IMG/VR virus record: IMGVR_UViG_3300044630_001263
Span: 1-60,652 of that record
Strand: one strand, 5' to 3'
DNA length: 60,652 nucleotides
Source: a virus
Lineage: Duplodnaviria > Caudoviricetes
Part shown: piece after piece, positions 45,779 to 54,178 of the stretch
Layout of the letters: each line of letters begins with the position of its first letter
How positions within the stretch are numbered: the stretch's first letter is position 1
Notes under the pieces: generated by a model
Told to the model about the DNA's origin: nothing
The model's database searches: none
Seen by the model: the letters and a program-made list of their open reading frames with translations, nothing else
Made by a program: the position numbers and the translations under genes

Positions 45779-46077
45779 AGTTCCTCGATTACTTTAAGTG
45801 AGTTTGCTGTAAACCAGAGACCTCCTTGAGACTCAGGTCTTTGGTGGCGCATGAAGTCATTGATAACAACTTTACACCATACACGATCTTTCTTGGATAG
45901 ATGCGGTGCATTGGGTTCTGCACAGCAGTGCCATCCTGGACGATGTGCATAGCCTTTAGTCTTATGATCTTCAGCGAAGTACCACACTTCTTTATTTAGT
46001 CGTTGTTTACGATTAATAAAGAGTGGTCCGTAGGTACCGTCTTTACGTTTACGAAACAGCTTGTATGCTATCATCAT
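45775..46077 (-). CDS. Hypothetical protein
   Basis: AYKLFR..DG--GPLFIN...RPGWH...PHL...QGG-W. Confidence 0.7.
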   Translation of the reverse strand: MMIAYKLFRKRKDGTYGPLFINRKQRLNKEVWYFAEDHKTKGYAHRPGWHCCAEPNAPHLSKKDRVWCKVVINDFMRHQRPESQGGLWFTANSLKVIEEL

Positions 46078-46270
46078 TTATTCTTTCAACGTCAGACCAA
46101 GCAGCAAAGTGGTATACATCTTTATTTTCATCAAGACAATAAGAGTACATACCATCGATGTTGATTAGTTTGTATGTTTTATTAAGGTTAGGATGTCTTG
46201 CTTCAGGTGGTATTTGCGTATCACCTATTAGTTTGAAGTAAGAATGACGGGGTAGTTTGTATAGTTCCAT
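46049..46270 (-). CDS. Hypothetical protein
   Basis: Packed ORF on the coding strand. Confidence 0.6.
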   Translation of the reverse strand: MELYKLPRHSYFKLIGDTQIPPEARHPNLNKTYKLINIDGMYSYCLDENKDVYHFAAWSDVERINDDSIQAVS

Positions 46271-46415
46271 GATTAGATATCAAAGTTAACGTCAACAAGC
46301 TCCATTTCACTGGGATCATAGCCTATTGTTTCATAGACTTTGGACTCAGCTTCTTCTTCATCAATAGCACAGACCCACACTGTTGATGTTGGACTAATTT
46401 GAAAGCAATATTCGT

Positions 46416-46640
46416 TCATTGTTTTTCCTTTACCCATGTACAATCAAAACAGATTTTCATCATCCAGCGAACAAACCAGTTAGGTTCACAATTTTCTTTT
46501 GGGTGATATAAGATACCGTCATTTATCTCAGGTTTATTACCGAACATATAGCATTTCCATTCAGACCTTTTGGGTTGTTCAACGAACCTATATGTCGTTT
46601 TGAAGTCTTCTGGGTTGTATGTTAGCACAGTTGGTTCCAT
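46416..46640 (-). CDS. Hypothetical protein
   Basis: 74 aa with GAGG RBS. Confidence 0.6.
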   Translation of the reverse strand: MEPTVLTYNPEDFKTTYRFVEQPKRSEWKCYMFGNKPEINDGILYHPKENCEPNWFVRWMMKICFDCTWVKEKQ

Positions 46641-46812
46641 TATTCAACCTCAATGATGTTAGGGTTTTTAACACATTTAGCACAGGCTAATGCTCGGTGC
46701 ATAGCGTTTTCACCAATGAATACGTCTACATGGTGCCATTTACCAAGCATCCACCATTCAGTATATTCAACCCACCAGTGTTTTTCACGATAGTCTTCTC
46801 TGATACGAACTC

Positions 46813-47109
46813 TCATTCTTCACCTTTCTTGTATGGACGATAGATATATAGAGAACATTGTTTAGCAGTACAGTTGGTTATGTCTGTACGGATACCTCCT
46901 ACACAGTCGTTACAGAAATTCTTAATGGCTTGCATGGGTGAAGTACGTTTTTGAGCTTTCTTAAGTTCTTGTTCTTCAGTCCATGCTTCAAGGAACTTAC
47001 CGCCTTTCTTTACAGCATAGGCTTTTTCTTTACGCCACTGTTCAAGAGCTGCTTTGCCCTTGGCTAGTACTTCTGGATTCATCGAGCGTTTCTTTTTGAC
47101 GGAGTTCAT
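46813..47109 (-). CDS. Basic protein with C-terminal four-Cys (zinc-binding) motif
   Basis: AIKNFCNDCVGG...C----C-LY-YRPY. Confidence 0.65.
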   Translation of the reverse strand: MNSVKKKRSMNPEVLAKGKAALEQWRKEKAYAVKKGGKFLEAWTEEQELKKAQKRTSPMQAIKNFCNDCVGGIRTDITNCTAKQCSLYIYRPYKKGEE

Positions 47110-47275
47110 CGTTTAGTTCCATGTTCATTGTTGTACAAACTTTAGCGGCTTCAGCTTGGAATAGATAACATATTGCATCTTCAAGCTTGATATCACGACC
47201 TGCTACACAAAAGTATGCTCGATCGTAACCTTGTTTGGTGAATACAAAGTATCCGTTAGATTCTGGTTGATTCAC
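47042..47275 (-). CDS. Hypothetical protein
   Basis: Packed ORF with GTG start and GAGG RBS. Confidence 0.5.
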   Translation of the reverse strand: MNQPESNGYFVFTKQGYDRAYFCVAGRDIKLEDAICYLFQAEAAKVCTTMNMELNDELRQKETLDESRSTSQGQSSS

Positions 47276-47715
47276 GATACAGTTACCTCGAATGTTATGT
47301 TGTCTTTGATTGCTTCTTCAACAAGGTCTGCGATAACACTTCTATTAAGGTTAGAACTGATGCGATCTTCCCAATCGATTTCATGATCATAGTCAGTGAT
47401 ATCAAACTCTTCTGACATGTATTGCTCGATAGCTTCAGTCACACGATCATTGACGATTTCTTCAACACGTTGAGCAAGTACGTCATCAAGGTGTTTGTCT
47501 ATCAGAGAGGCAATAGACATGTTCTTAGTAGGGTGATATACATCATCAATTTCTTTTGCAAGAGTGTTGATCAAACAACAGACAGCTGTATTAACACCTA
47601 CACGATCTGCATTAGACAGAGTACTCAACATACTGTGTAAGTATGAGAATGACTCGTCAAGGTTATCGTGAGTGCTGAACAGGTTATTACGATACTCGGA
47701 TAATGGATTTTGCAT
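47272..47715 (-). CDS. Acidic hypothetical protein
   Basis: 147 aa with an acidic C-terminal half. Confidence 0.65.
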   Translation of the reverse strand: MQNPLSEYRNNLFSTHDNLDESFSYLHSMLSTLSNADRVGVNTAVCCLINTLAKEIDDVYHPTKNMSIASLIDKHLDDVLAQRVEEIVNDRVTEAIEQYMSEEFDITDYDHEIDWEDRISSNLNRSVIADLVEEAIKDNITFEVTVS

Positions 47716-47716
47716 A

Positions 47717-47965
47717 TTAAGCCTTTACTGATTCAACGAATTGTGTTACGATTTCACGAAGAACGTCTGGATGGATTACATCAATGATATCAACATCTTT
47801 GTGTCTAACTTCAACGACATAGATATCATCAGCATAGTCAGGTTCAAAGCCTCCTTTCTCATCACGGATTTGACAGCTACTACCTTTATCAACTTCGATA
47901 GTACAGAAGAAGTCTGCATTATCGGTATAGTACCAGTGATAGTACAAGTTATCTGCTATACTCAT
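47717..47965 (-). CDS. Hypothetical protein
   Basis: Packed ORF on the coding strand. Confidence 0.6.
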   Translation of the reverse strand: MSIADNLYYHWYYTDNADFFCTIEVDKGSSCQIRDEKGGFEPDYADDIYVVEVRHKDVDIIDVIHPDVLREIVTQFVESVKA

Positions 47966-48216
47966 TTTAAGCCTTTCAAGTTTTCACGGATTAATTTAAG
48001 TTCTTTACGAATGATACGAGCACGAGTCTTGCAATGATTTAGATTAGCAAAATGTGTGGCTGTATTAGGATTAGCTTTATCAGAGTTTAACCAGTACAAA
48101 GCTATCATTTCTTTGTAGTAAGCAAGATCTTCTTCAAGCCAAAACAGACGACTACGAAGAAGTTTCACCAGTTGGTACTTGTGTTTTGCTGGCAGTGCTA
48201 AAATAGTGATGTTCAT
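47962..48216 (-). CDS. Hypothetical protein
   Basis: Packed ORF, GAGGA RBS. Confidence 0.6.
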   Translation of the reverse strand: MNITILALPAKHKYQLVKLLRSRLFWLEEDLAYYKEMIALYWLNSDKANPNTATHFANLNHCKTRARIIRKELKLIRENLKGLK

Positions 48217-48367
48217 GGATTAATTCCTCAAAGATATCCCATAGTTTATTGAACTTGGCGTCATAGTAGCTGGAGAGTACTTGACGATCTATATCAGTTT
48301 TTAGATCATCGCATACACCCCAGCACTGTATGATGGCTTGCTCTAAGTCAAACCTATCATGACTCAT
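48152..48367 (-). CDS. Hypothetical protein
   Basis: DRFDLEQAI--CW-V-DDL...KF-KLWD-FE. Confidence 0.6.
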   Translation of the reverse strand: MSHDRFDLEQAIIQCWGVCDDLKTDIDRQVLSSYYDAKFNKLWDIFEELIHEHHYFSTASKTQVPTGETSS

Positions 48368-48654
48368 AGAGTATGCCCGTGAGTGGCAGCAACAATACGA
48401 AGCATCAGAGTTTCATCAACTTTAGGAGGCTCAAACCTGTCATCGATTGTCTCAAAGAAACCTTTTTCATCAGCTCCGTAGATGACGTCTACAGAGTATT
48501 TACCTACAAAGTAGAAACAGTTGTTTTCTTTGAGAAAGTAAACACCACGACCGCCTTCCCAGTTCTTTGGATCATATGAGTCTGCTGGTACTTTGTCAAC
48601 TTGAGTTACTTTAAATTGCACTGTTGTAGTGAAGTATGGATGGATTTCAAACAT
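48364..48654 (-). CDS. Hypothetical protein
   Basis: AAGGA RBS, packed ORF. Confidence 0.6.
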   Translation of the reverse strand: MFEIHPYFTTTVQFKVTQVDKVPADSYDPKNWEGGRGVYFLKENNCFYFVGKYSVDVIYGADEKGFFETIDDRFEPPKVDETLMLRIVAATHGHTL

Positions 48655-48664
48655 GATATTTCCT

Positions 48665-49036
48665 TTAGATAGAGTTGATTAAATCGAGGGCTTCTTGAGC
48701 TTCGTCACACAGGTAGAGTTTATCCATCAGATCTTGTTTGATCTTTTCATATTTATCACGTATTGCATTACGCTCTTTTTGATTATCTTCATGTTCTTTA
48801 TCAAATCCATGAGGGAATATAATAGCATCGCCAATGTTAGTGATATTCCAGATATTATCAAACTTTGATTGTGGAACAAGTGGTACACCGTACTCGTATG
48901 ACAATAGAGCGTACAGGGCATCCTTATCACTCTTTTTAGAACTGATATAGTCAGGCGTTTCTTTATCACGCATTTCACTGAGTTTTTCATTAAGACGACC
49001 GACAGCATATTCACGTTGTTGTTTATTGAGTTTCAT
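48665..49036 (-). CDS. Hypothetical protein
   Basis: 123 aa with AAGGA RBS. Confidence 0.65.
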   Translation of the reverse strand: MKLNKQQREYAVGRLNEKLSEMRDKETPDYISSKKSDKDALYALLSYEYGVPLVPQSKFDNIWNITNIGDAIIFPHGFDKEHEDNQKERNAIRDKYEKIKQDLMDKLYLCDEAQEALDLINSI

Positions 49037-49299
49037 GAGTTTAGTTCCTTGAGTTTAGTTTGTGCCCAGATTACACCAGCGAAGAAGCTTTCAGACTGGT
49101 ATCGGATATCTGGATAATCTTTTACATCGATGTCAATCCATTTACTTTTAGGTTCGTATATGTATGGTTGTCCTTTCATAGAGATTTCACGTTCAATACG
49201 ATCAAATTCATCAGATTCGTCTGTATTCATAGGTTCATAGTTTAAACCTAATTCTCTTGCATTATCTGCTTTTCTGTTTAGTGCTTCATCTTTAGTCAC
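49033..49299 (-). CDS. Hypothetical mosaic protein
   Basis: Begins MTKDEALN like 42656..43111. Confidence 0.6.
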   Translation of the reverse strand: MTKDEALNRKADNARELGLNYEPMNTDESDEFDRIEREISMKGQPYIYEPKSKWIDIDVKDYPDIRYQSESFFAGVIWAQTKLKELNS

Positions 49300-49310
49300 A
49301 AAAACCTTTT

Positions 49311-49358
49311 AAATAAAAATCCCTCATGACAGACTCGTTAGAGACTATCACAAGGGAT
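49311..49358 (-). terminator. Terminator downstream of SSB
   Basis: Minus strand ATCCCTTGTGATAG-TCTCTAACGAGT-CTGTCATGAGGGAT long stem followed by a T-rich run. Confidence 0.75.
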
Positions 49359-49369
49359 ATCATTGGGAT

Positions 49370-49873
49370 TTAGAACATTGCTTCTTCAGAGGCATCTGTA
49401 TCAACAGAGGCACCCTCAACATCAAAATCAACAAAGTTTTCAGATTTACGTTCATAGCGAACAAGATCAGTAACTTGTACAGCTACAAGCATAGTAGAGA
49501 TACCAGACTTACTGATTTTACCGTTAGGGAGTTTAATTTCATAAGGTGAGCAGTACACCATAACATTACCGATAGAACCATTACCAATCAACTTTGGATC
49601 AAGTTCTTTCTTACCTGCATCTACCACACGAACTTTGGCAGCATCTGTACCATCTTTCTTAAAAGCTTTCTTCTTAAGATTAACAGAGATCTTACCGCCT
49701 TCAACAGGCTTTACTTTACCGAATTGAGAAAACTCTTTCTCACGTTTCTTGTCACCTTGAATCTGTAACTCAAACTGATCAACACCGAATGGTGAGACAG
49801 GTTTATCGAGTTTAGCCCAGAATAAGGCAACATCTTTGATGATAACGTTAGAAGAATTGTTTGCTTGTGTCAT
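49370..49873 (-). CDS. Single-stranded DNA-binding protein (T7 gp2.5-like)
   Basis: WAKL--P, IGNGS-GNV and L-AVQVTDL motifs, plus an acidic tail ending in Phe. Confidence 0.8.
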   Translation of the reverse strand: MTQANNSSNVIIKDVALFWAKLDKPVSPFGVDQFELQIQGDKKREKEFSQFGKVKPVEGGKISVNLKKKAFKKDGTDAAKVRVVDAGKKELDPKLIGNGSIGNVMVYCSPYEIKLPNGKISKSGISTMLVAVQVTDLVRYERKSENFVDFDVEGASVDTDASEEAMF

Positions 49874-49914
49874 GATATTTTCCTATGGATTAATTAATTC
49901 AAGTATATTTCTCG

Positions 49915-49932
49915 CTAGTCGGATCCTAATAG
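49915..49932 (+). promoter_or_regulatory. Putative phage RNAP promoter, copy 4
   Basis: CTAGTCGGATCCTAATAG upstream of the lone plus-strand gene at 49971. Confidence 0.65.
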
Positions 49933-49970
49933 ATAATTGTTATCTAACAGAAACAGAACAGGAGAACAGA

Positions 49971-50363
49971 ATGTCAGGTGGTAAAGCCCGTAACATTAAT
50001 TCTCTGGCTAATCTAAAGTTAATTACTTCAGAAACAGCTAGAGAAAATCAGAAGAAAGCTACTCAATCAAGAATGTTGAATAAGCAGATCAGAGATGAGT
50101 TTAAACTTAACGCTAAAAACTTCCAAGAAGTAATGAAGGATCTACCTCAACTATCTTCATTGGATGTACTCAGAATGGCTATGCATCAGGCTCTTCAACA
50201 AGATAACTTTGAAGATGCAGCTAGATACGCTAACATGGTAGCAGAGTATGAACAACCTAAACTACAAAGGATTGATCAGACTACCACTACACGTACTGCT
50301 GACCTCACAGATGAGGAACTTCAGAGGATTATCTCAGAGGAAGGTCTTGATAAGAGTTCTTAA
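49971..50363 (+). CDS. Putative terminase small subunit
   Basis: NSLANLK...E-ARE, A----AEYEQPKLQRID and DLTDEEL motifs seen in small terminase-like proteins; AGGAG RBS. Confidence 0.6.
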   Translation: MSGGKARNINSLANLKLITSETARENQKKATQSRMLNKQIRDEFKLNAKNFQEVMKDLPQLSSLDVLRMAMHQALQQDNFEDAARYANMVAEYEQPKLQRIDQTTTTRTADLTDEELQRIISEEGLDKSS

Positions 50364-50388
50364 GAGAATGTCTTATGGTTAAGTAATT

Positions 50389-50434
50389 AAGAGAATGTCT
50401 TTAGGTATACTACCTATTGATATTCTCTTTTTTA
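50389..50434 (+). terminator. Stem-loop terminator after putative terS
   Basis: AAGAGAATGTC-TT-TAGGTA-TAC-TACCTA-TT-GATATTCTCTT then a T run. Confidence 0.7.
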
Positions 50435-50497
50435 TTACTCTTTTTATAATATACTTTTAATAAATATATTATATAATACTATCCAACGGACAGTATC

Positions 50498-50515
50498 CTA
50501 TTAGGTACCAGCTGA
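50498..50515 (-). promoter_or_regulatory. Putative phage RNAP promoter, copy 5
   Basis: TCAGCTGGTACCTAATAG on the minus strand, pointing toward the SSB/replication genes. Confidence 0.65.
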
Positions 50516-50521
50516 ATAAGA

Positions 50522-50731
50522 TTATGATTCTATTGGGTTTTTCTCCTTTAGTGCATAAAAGACTTCGACAACATAAGGTGTCTGTAATGAGTAGAATGTT
50601 AACTTTGACACATCAACATTCTCATCCATCGAGTTTTTGTATCTTTCAATACAGTCAGCAACCGTCTCACCGAACTCTGTGTAGAAGTATTCATCAACAC
50701 AGATCCAGTTAGCTGTAACTAGTTCATTCAT
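50522..50731 (-). CDS. Early hypothetical protein
   Basis: GAGGA RBS. Confidence 0.6.
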   Translation of the reverse strand: MNELVTANWICVDEYFYTEFGETVADCIERYKNSMDENVDVSKLTFYSLQTPYVVEVFYALKEKNPIES

Positions 50732-50888
50732 TTATCTATCCTCACTTTCTTTACCCACAATAGTTTACCTTTGAGAAAAGCCTTTTGGATACCAGTGGTA
50801 TCGTCAAAGACAATTGATATTTCAGACCGTACTCGAGATTGGATTCTCTTGATAAGGTCTGTATAGATTTCTGCGGCTGAGTGCATAT

Positions 50889-51131
50889 TTAAATCTCTAT
50901 TTCTTTACCTATTTTATTTATTAACTCTACAATTTCATCATAAAAGTCATGACCCTCGTAGGTTAAAGCTTTACCTATTACTTCAGCATTCATGAAGATA
51001 GCTTCTAATAGGTGGTGTTCTTCAACATTTTTAATAGTGATCCTTAAAGTGTATGGTTGGAATACTATAGGATAATCTGTGCATTTGTAAACTTCCATAT
51101 TAGTATTGATCCTCTTCAACAAGTGCGTCAT
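50889..51131 (-). CDS. Early hypothetical protein
   Basis: Shares FQP(Y/F)-L-I---- with the adjacent 51100..51321; true start probably MEVY. Confidence 0.55.
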   Translation of the reverse strand: MTHLLKRINTNMEVYKCTDYPIVFQPYTLRITIKNVEEHHLLEAIFMNAEVIGKALTYEGHDFYDEIVELINKIGKEIEI

Positions 51132-51321
51132 AGATGTGCATACAAATCTTTGTCATACGGTTATGTACCTCAGGATTGTTTGTATTGGTTACGTCTGCAA
51201 TGTTTGTATAGTACGAGAACAACGACATCATATCGTAGAACTCTTGTTGGGTGTCTACGGAGATTGTCAGCTCGAATGGCTGAAAGGGTAGCTTATTATG
51301 TCTGCGGGTGATAGTCTTCAT
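51100..51321 (-). CDS. Early hypothetical protein
   Basis: Packed ORF; FQPFELTISV. Confidence 0.6.
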   Translation of the reverse strand: MKTITRRHNKLPFQPFELTISVDTQQEFYDMMSLFSYYTNIADVTNTNNPEVHNRMTKICMHIYDALVEEDQY

Positions 51322-51500
51322 AGTAGATTTCCTGTTATGAGTGATTCGGTTGGTTCATTACAGTACGAGCAGAGGAAGTCTGCGGTACGTCTGTTGGTAT
51401 GGTCATTGCGAACACGTAATACTTTGACGTCATCTATGTTGAATTCATTATTACATGTCTCGCAGTGGACAAACCAGAGTCTTTCAAAGCCTCCACACAT
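51318..51500 (-). CDS. Early zinc-ribbon protein
   Basis: CETC...CSYC; AGGAG RBS. Confidence 0.6.
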   Translation of the reverse strand: MCGGFERLWFVHCETCNNEFNIDDVKVLRVRNDHTNRRTADFLCSYCNEPTESLITGNLL

Positions 51501-51681
51501 GATGTCTCCTTGTTAAAAATAACGAAAAGTTACAAGAAATGTTTAAAAAGAACGTTCAGGTTTTCCACACACAAAAATCCCTCAGGACTTCCCTCAATTC
51601 TCGCCTAAATCTCAGCAAATGTCTCAAAATTACTGTCTATTAGTAACTTTTTGTGAGGGAATGTCTTGAGAGTACTGTCTG

Positions 51682-51888
51682 TTAGTTAATTCCCCTCTCT
51701 TCATCGATAGCTCTGTGCCATTTATCCTCTTGTTTTAGGTAGTTTCTGTGTTTTGTCAGCTGATGATATATGTTTTTCTCATCTTCTGTGAACACCCCTA
51801 TGTTAGCCATAGCTGTTGTGACTGCATCCAGCTCTTTTTCAGAGAGATCTAGAGTGTATTTCCCGAAAGAATGTCTTAGGAATGCCAT
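51682..51888 (-). CDS. Early hypothetical protein
   Basis: AAGGA RBS. Confidence 0.6.
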   Translation of the reverse strand: MAFLRHSFGKYTLDLSEKELDAVTTAMANIGVFTEDEKNIYHQLTKHRNYLKQEDKWHRAIDEERGIN

Positions 51889-51889
51889 T

Positions 51890-52147
51890 TTAGTATCCTT
51901 CCACTATTTGGTCATAGATTGCTGTGTATTCTATGATGATGCCATTGAGTTCTACCTCATTGACCATGTTTTCGAGTACACTTTTGTTGTCTGACACAGC
52001 ATACAGCAGAGTTTCCCCTGTTGTGTCTGGTGACATGACCACTTTACAGCCAAACTCTTGGACTGACTCAATAACTTCTTCTGTTGTACATCCAAAGTCT
52101 CGTGCCTTGAGTGGGTTTAAGAGTAAATAACGTGCTTTCATGCTCAT
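51890..52147 (-). CDS. Early hypothetical protein
   Basis: AAGGAG RBS. Confidence 0.65.
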   Translation of the reverse strand: MSMKARYLLLNPLKARDFGCTTEEVIESVQEFGCKVVMSPDTTGETLLYAVSDNKSVLENMVNEVELNGIIIEYTAIYDQIVEGY

Positions 52148-52152
52148 TCTCC

Positions 52153-52437
52153 TTAAGCTTCTATAATTTCATTGAACCAAGTGTCAGAACTCCAACCAGC
52201 TGTGACACCAAACCTTACTTGTTTACCAACTAAGCTACGTGCGTGCTTATATTGTCTACGAGCATGTTCAACATCACGGTTAATCGAGAGTTTACGGACA
52301 ACTTCCTTATCATCTACTGCATAGACATACCTGTTAGCAGGGTCTGTATAGACCACCATCAACATAGATGTCTCCATGGTGAACATTGCAGTAGTTGTGT
52401 CGCCTTTAGTGGCATAGTTCATAGTCGCTGTAGTCAT
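52153..52437 (-). CDS. Early hypothetical protein
   Basis: AAGGA RBS; C terminus GKQVRFGVTAGWSSDTWF. Confidence 0.65.
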   Translation of the reverse strand: MTTATMNYATKGDTTTAMFTMETSMLMVVYTDPANRYVYAVDDKEVVRKLSINRDVEHARRQYKHARSLVGKQVRFGVTAGWSSDTWFNEIIEA

Positions 52438-52794
52438 GTTAGATCCTTTTGGTAATGACTGTTAATGAAAGCTTGGTACTTACCCCAAGTGGTCTCTCCG
52501 TAAGCCCGAGAAGAGCAGTTAGTTACACGTGTACTACGTGAACAGTAACTTGATCTGGATGAAACTTGCGTTGCAGCTCTTCTGCTGAATACAAGATATC
52601 AACAAGGTTACCTGTTGTTTTGCTATATACTAAGAAGTACATATCATTTTTCCTTTAAACACACACGATACTCACCACACCCAGGATCATCTGAGGCGGC
52701 AATGTTAAGCTCATTACAGACAAAGTCTGCTTGGTACTCGAACTCGAAAGTCTCGAGCAGCTCTTCAGACTCGTCTGGTCTTACAACCCATAAC

Positions 52795-53256
52795 TCATAC
52801 ATTTGCGTTCCTTGCCTGTTGAAATTGTTCTAGCTCTATGTACGCTATATCCCTATAGTACTCAGCAGCATCCTTTGCTTCCTGACTTGACCCGTTCCTG
52901 TTGGGAACAAAACACCATGCATGACGGTTCCACCACCACACAAGAGCTTTAGAAAAGGCAGTATTACCTGACCAATGAGGACAACCCTTAGACACCCAGA
53001 ACTTAAGGTGTCGCCAAGTAGACCGAGGCATTTCACAACCACACAAACCCATCTCTGTTAGCATGAGTTCAAAGTCACCAGCGAACGATGCATCACCTTG
53101 CAGGTAATAAGCAACATTCCTTGATGCCCTAGGATGCGTACGTAAGTACGAAGCAGGAGCGATAGCTCCACAAGGATGCCCAATGAGGACATCATTCTCT
53201 TTAGACCTGATCCTACGGTTGATAAGATCAGACGTCAAGCTGTAACGTTTAGCCAT
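52795..53256 (-). CDS. Early hypothetical protein
   Basis: 153 aa, AAGGAG RBS. Confidence 0.65.
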   Translation of the reverse strand: MAKRYSLTSDLINRRIRSKENDVLIGHPCGAIAPASYLRTHPRASRNVAYYLQGDASFAGDFELMLTEMGLCGCEMPRSTWRHLKFWVSKGCPHWSGNTAFSKALVWWWNRHAWCFVPNRNGSSQEAKDAAEYYRDIAYIELEQFQQARNANV

Positions 53257-53258
53257 GT

Positions 53259-53441
53259 TTACTCTCCTTCTTTGATTTCGATTAACAGAATAGCAATCTG
53301 TACACCAGCACAGATACTAGCAACGATCAGACCGATCACATGGAACCAGCCATACATTACCTCATACTGTATCTTATCGACACAGAACACCATCAGTTGC
53401 GACCACAACAGAATGTAAACAACGTGCATTAACTTAGTCAT
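53259..53441 (-). CDS. Early two-TM membrane protein
   Basis: AAGGAG RBS; two hydrophobic helices. Confidence 0.6.
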   Translation of the reverse strand: MTKLMHVVYILLWSQLMVFCVDKIQYEVMYGWFHVIGLIVASICAGVQIAILLIEIKEGE

Positions 53442-53539
53442 ATTAATCTCCTTGAGCTATGACAACCTGTAACCGACAGGCACGGACGAGCAAGACGCTC
53501 TCGGAAGACCCCGACAAAGGAGCCAACCGAGAAAGCCCT

Positions 53540-54178
53540 TCAAAGAGACACAGCACAGAAGTAACCAGACGAACCAGCACGAGCACGACACACAAAGCCA
53601 GAACGACCAGGAGCAGCCCACAAGTCAACAGACACACCAGAGTCAGCAGCAACAGCAACCGCAGACACCAAAGAAGAGAAGGCAGCAGGAGACAACCCAG
53701 AGGACAGACACAAGAAAGGCAAAGAGAAGCCAGCAACGTCCACCGACAACACACCACCAGACACCAACCAACCACGAACAACCACACCAGAGGCAGCAGG
53801 AACAAAGCCCGAAGAAGGAACACCAAGGCAAGAGGCAGGAACACCAGCACCAGAAGCCAAAGGACACACAGGAGCAACAGCCGCCAAAGCACGACCAGCA
53901 CGAGCCAACACAGCCAAACGAGCAGGAGAGACACCAGCAGCACGAGCACGAGACCACACACCACGAGCACGAGCCAACAAGTCAGCAACAGCCGCAGGAG
54001 AAACAGCAGGAGAGGCACGACCAGAAGCCGCACACAAACCAAGCAACACCACAGACAAACGGCAAGACCGAACCAAAGAAGAAACCGAAGAAGACAGAGC
54101 CGAACGAACAGCACCAGAAGCAACAGGAGACACAGCACCGAGGACGGGCAAAGAAGCAGCAGAGAAAGAGAAGGACAT
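53540..54178 (-). CDS. Adenine-free early gene, 212 aa, unknown function
   Basis: Only 7 A in 639 nt (ATG, 4 x GAC, TAC, TGA). Third positions are mostly T. A-free SD-like GGGG lies 7 nt upstream of the ATG. Confidence 0.8.
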   Translation of the reverse strand: MSFSFSAASLPVLGAVSPVASGAVRSALSSSVSSLVRSCRLSVVLLGLCAASGRASPAVSPAAVADLLARARGVWSRARAAGVSPARLAVLARAGRALAAVAPVCPLASGAGVPASCLGVPSSGFVPAASGVVVRGWLVSGGVLSVDVAGFSLPFLCLSSGLSPAAFSSLVSAVAVAADSGVSVDLWAAPGRSGFVCRARAGSSGYFCAVSL

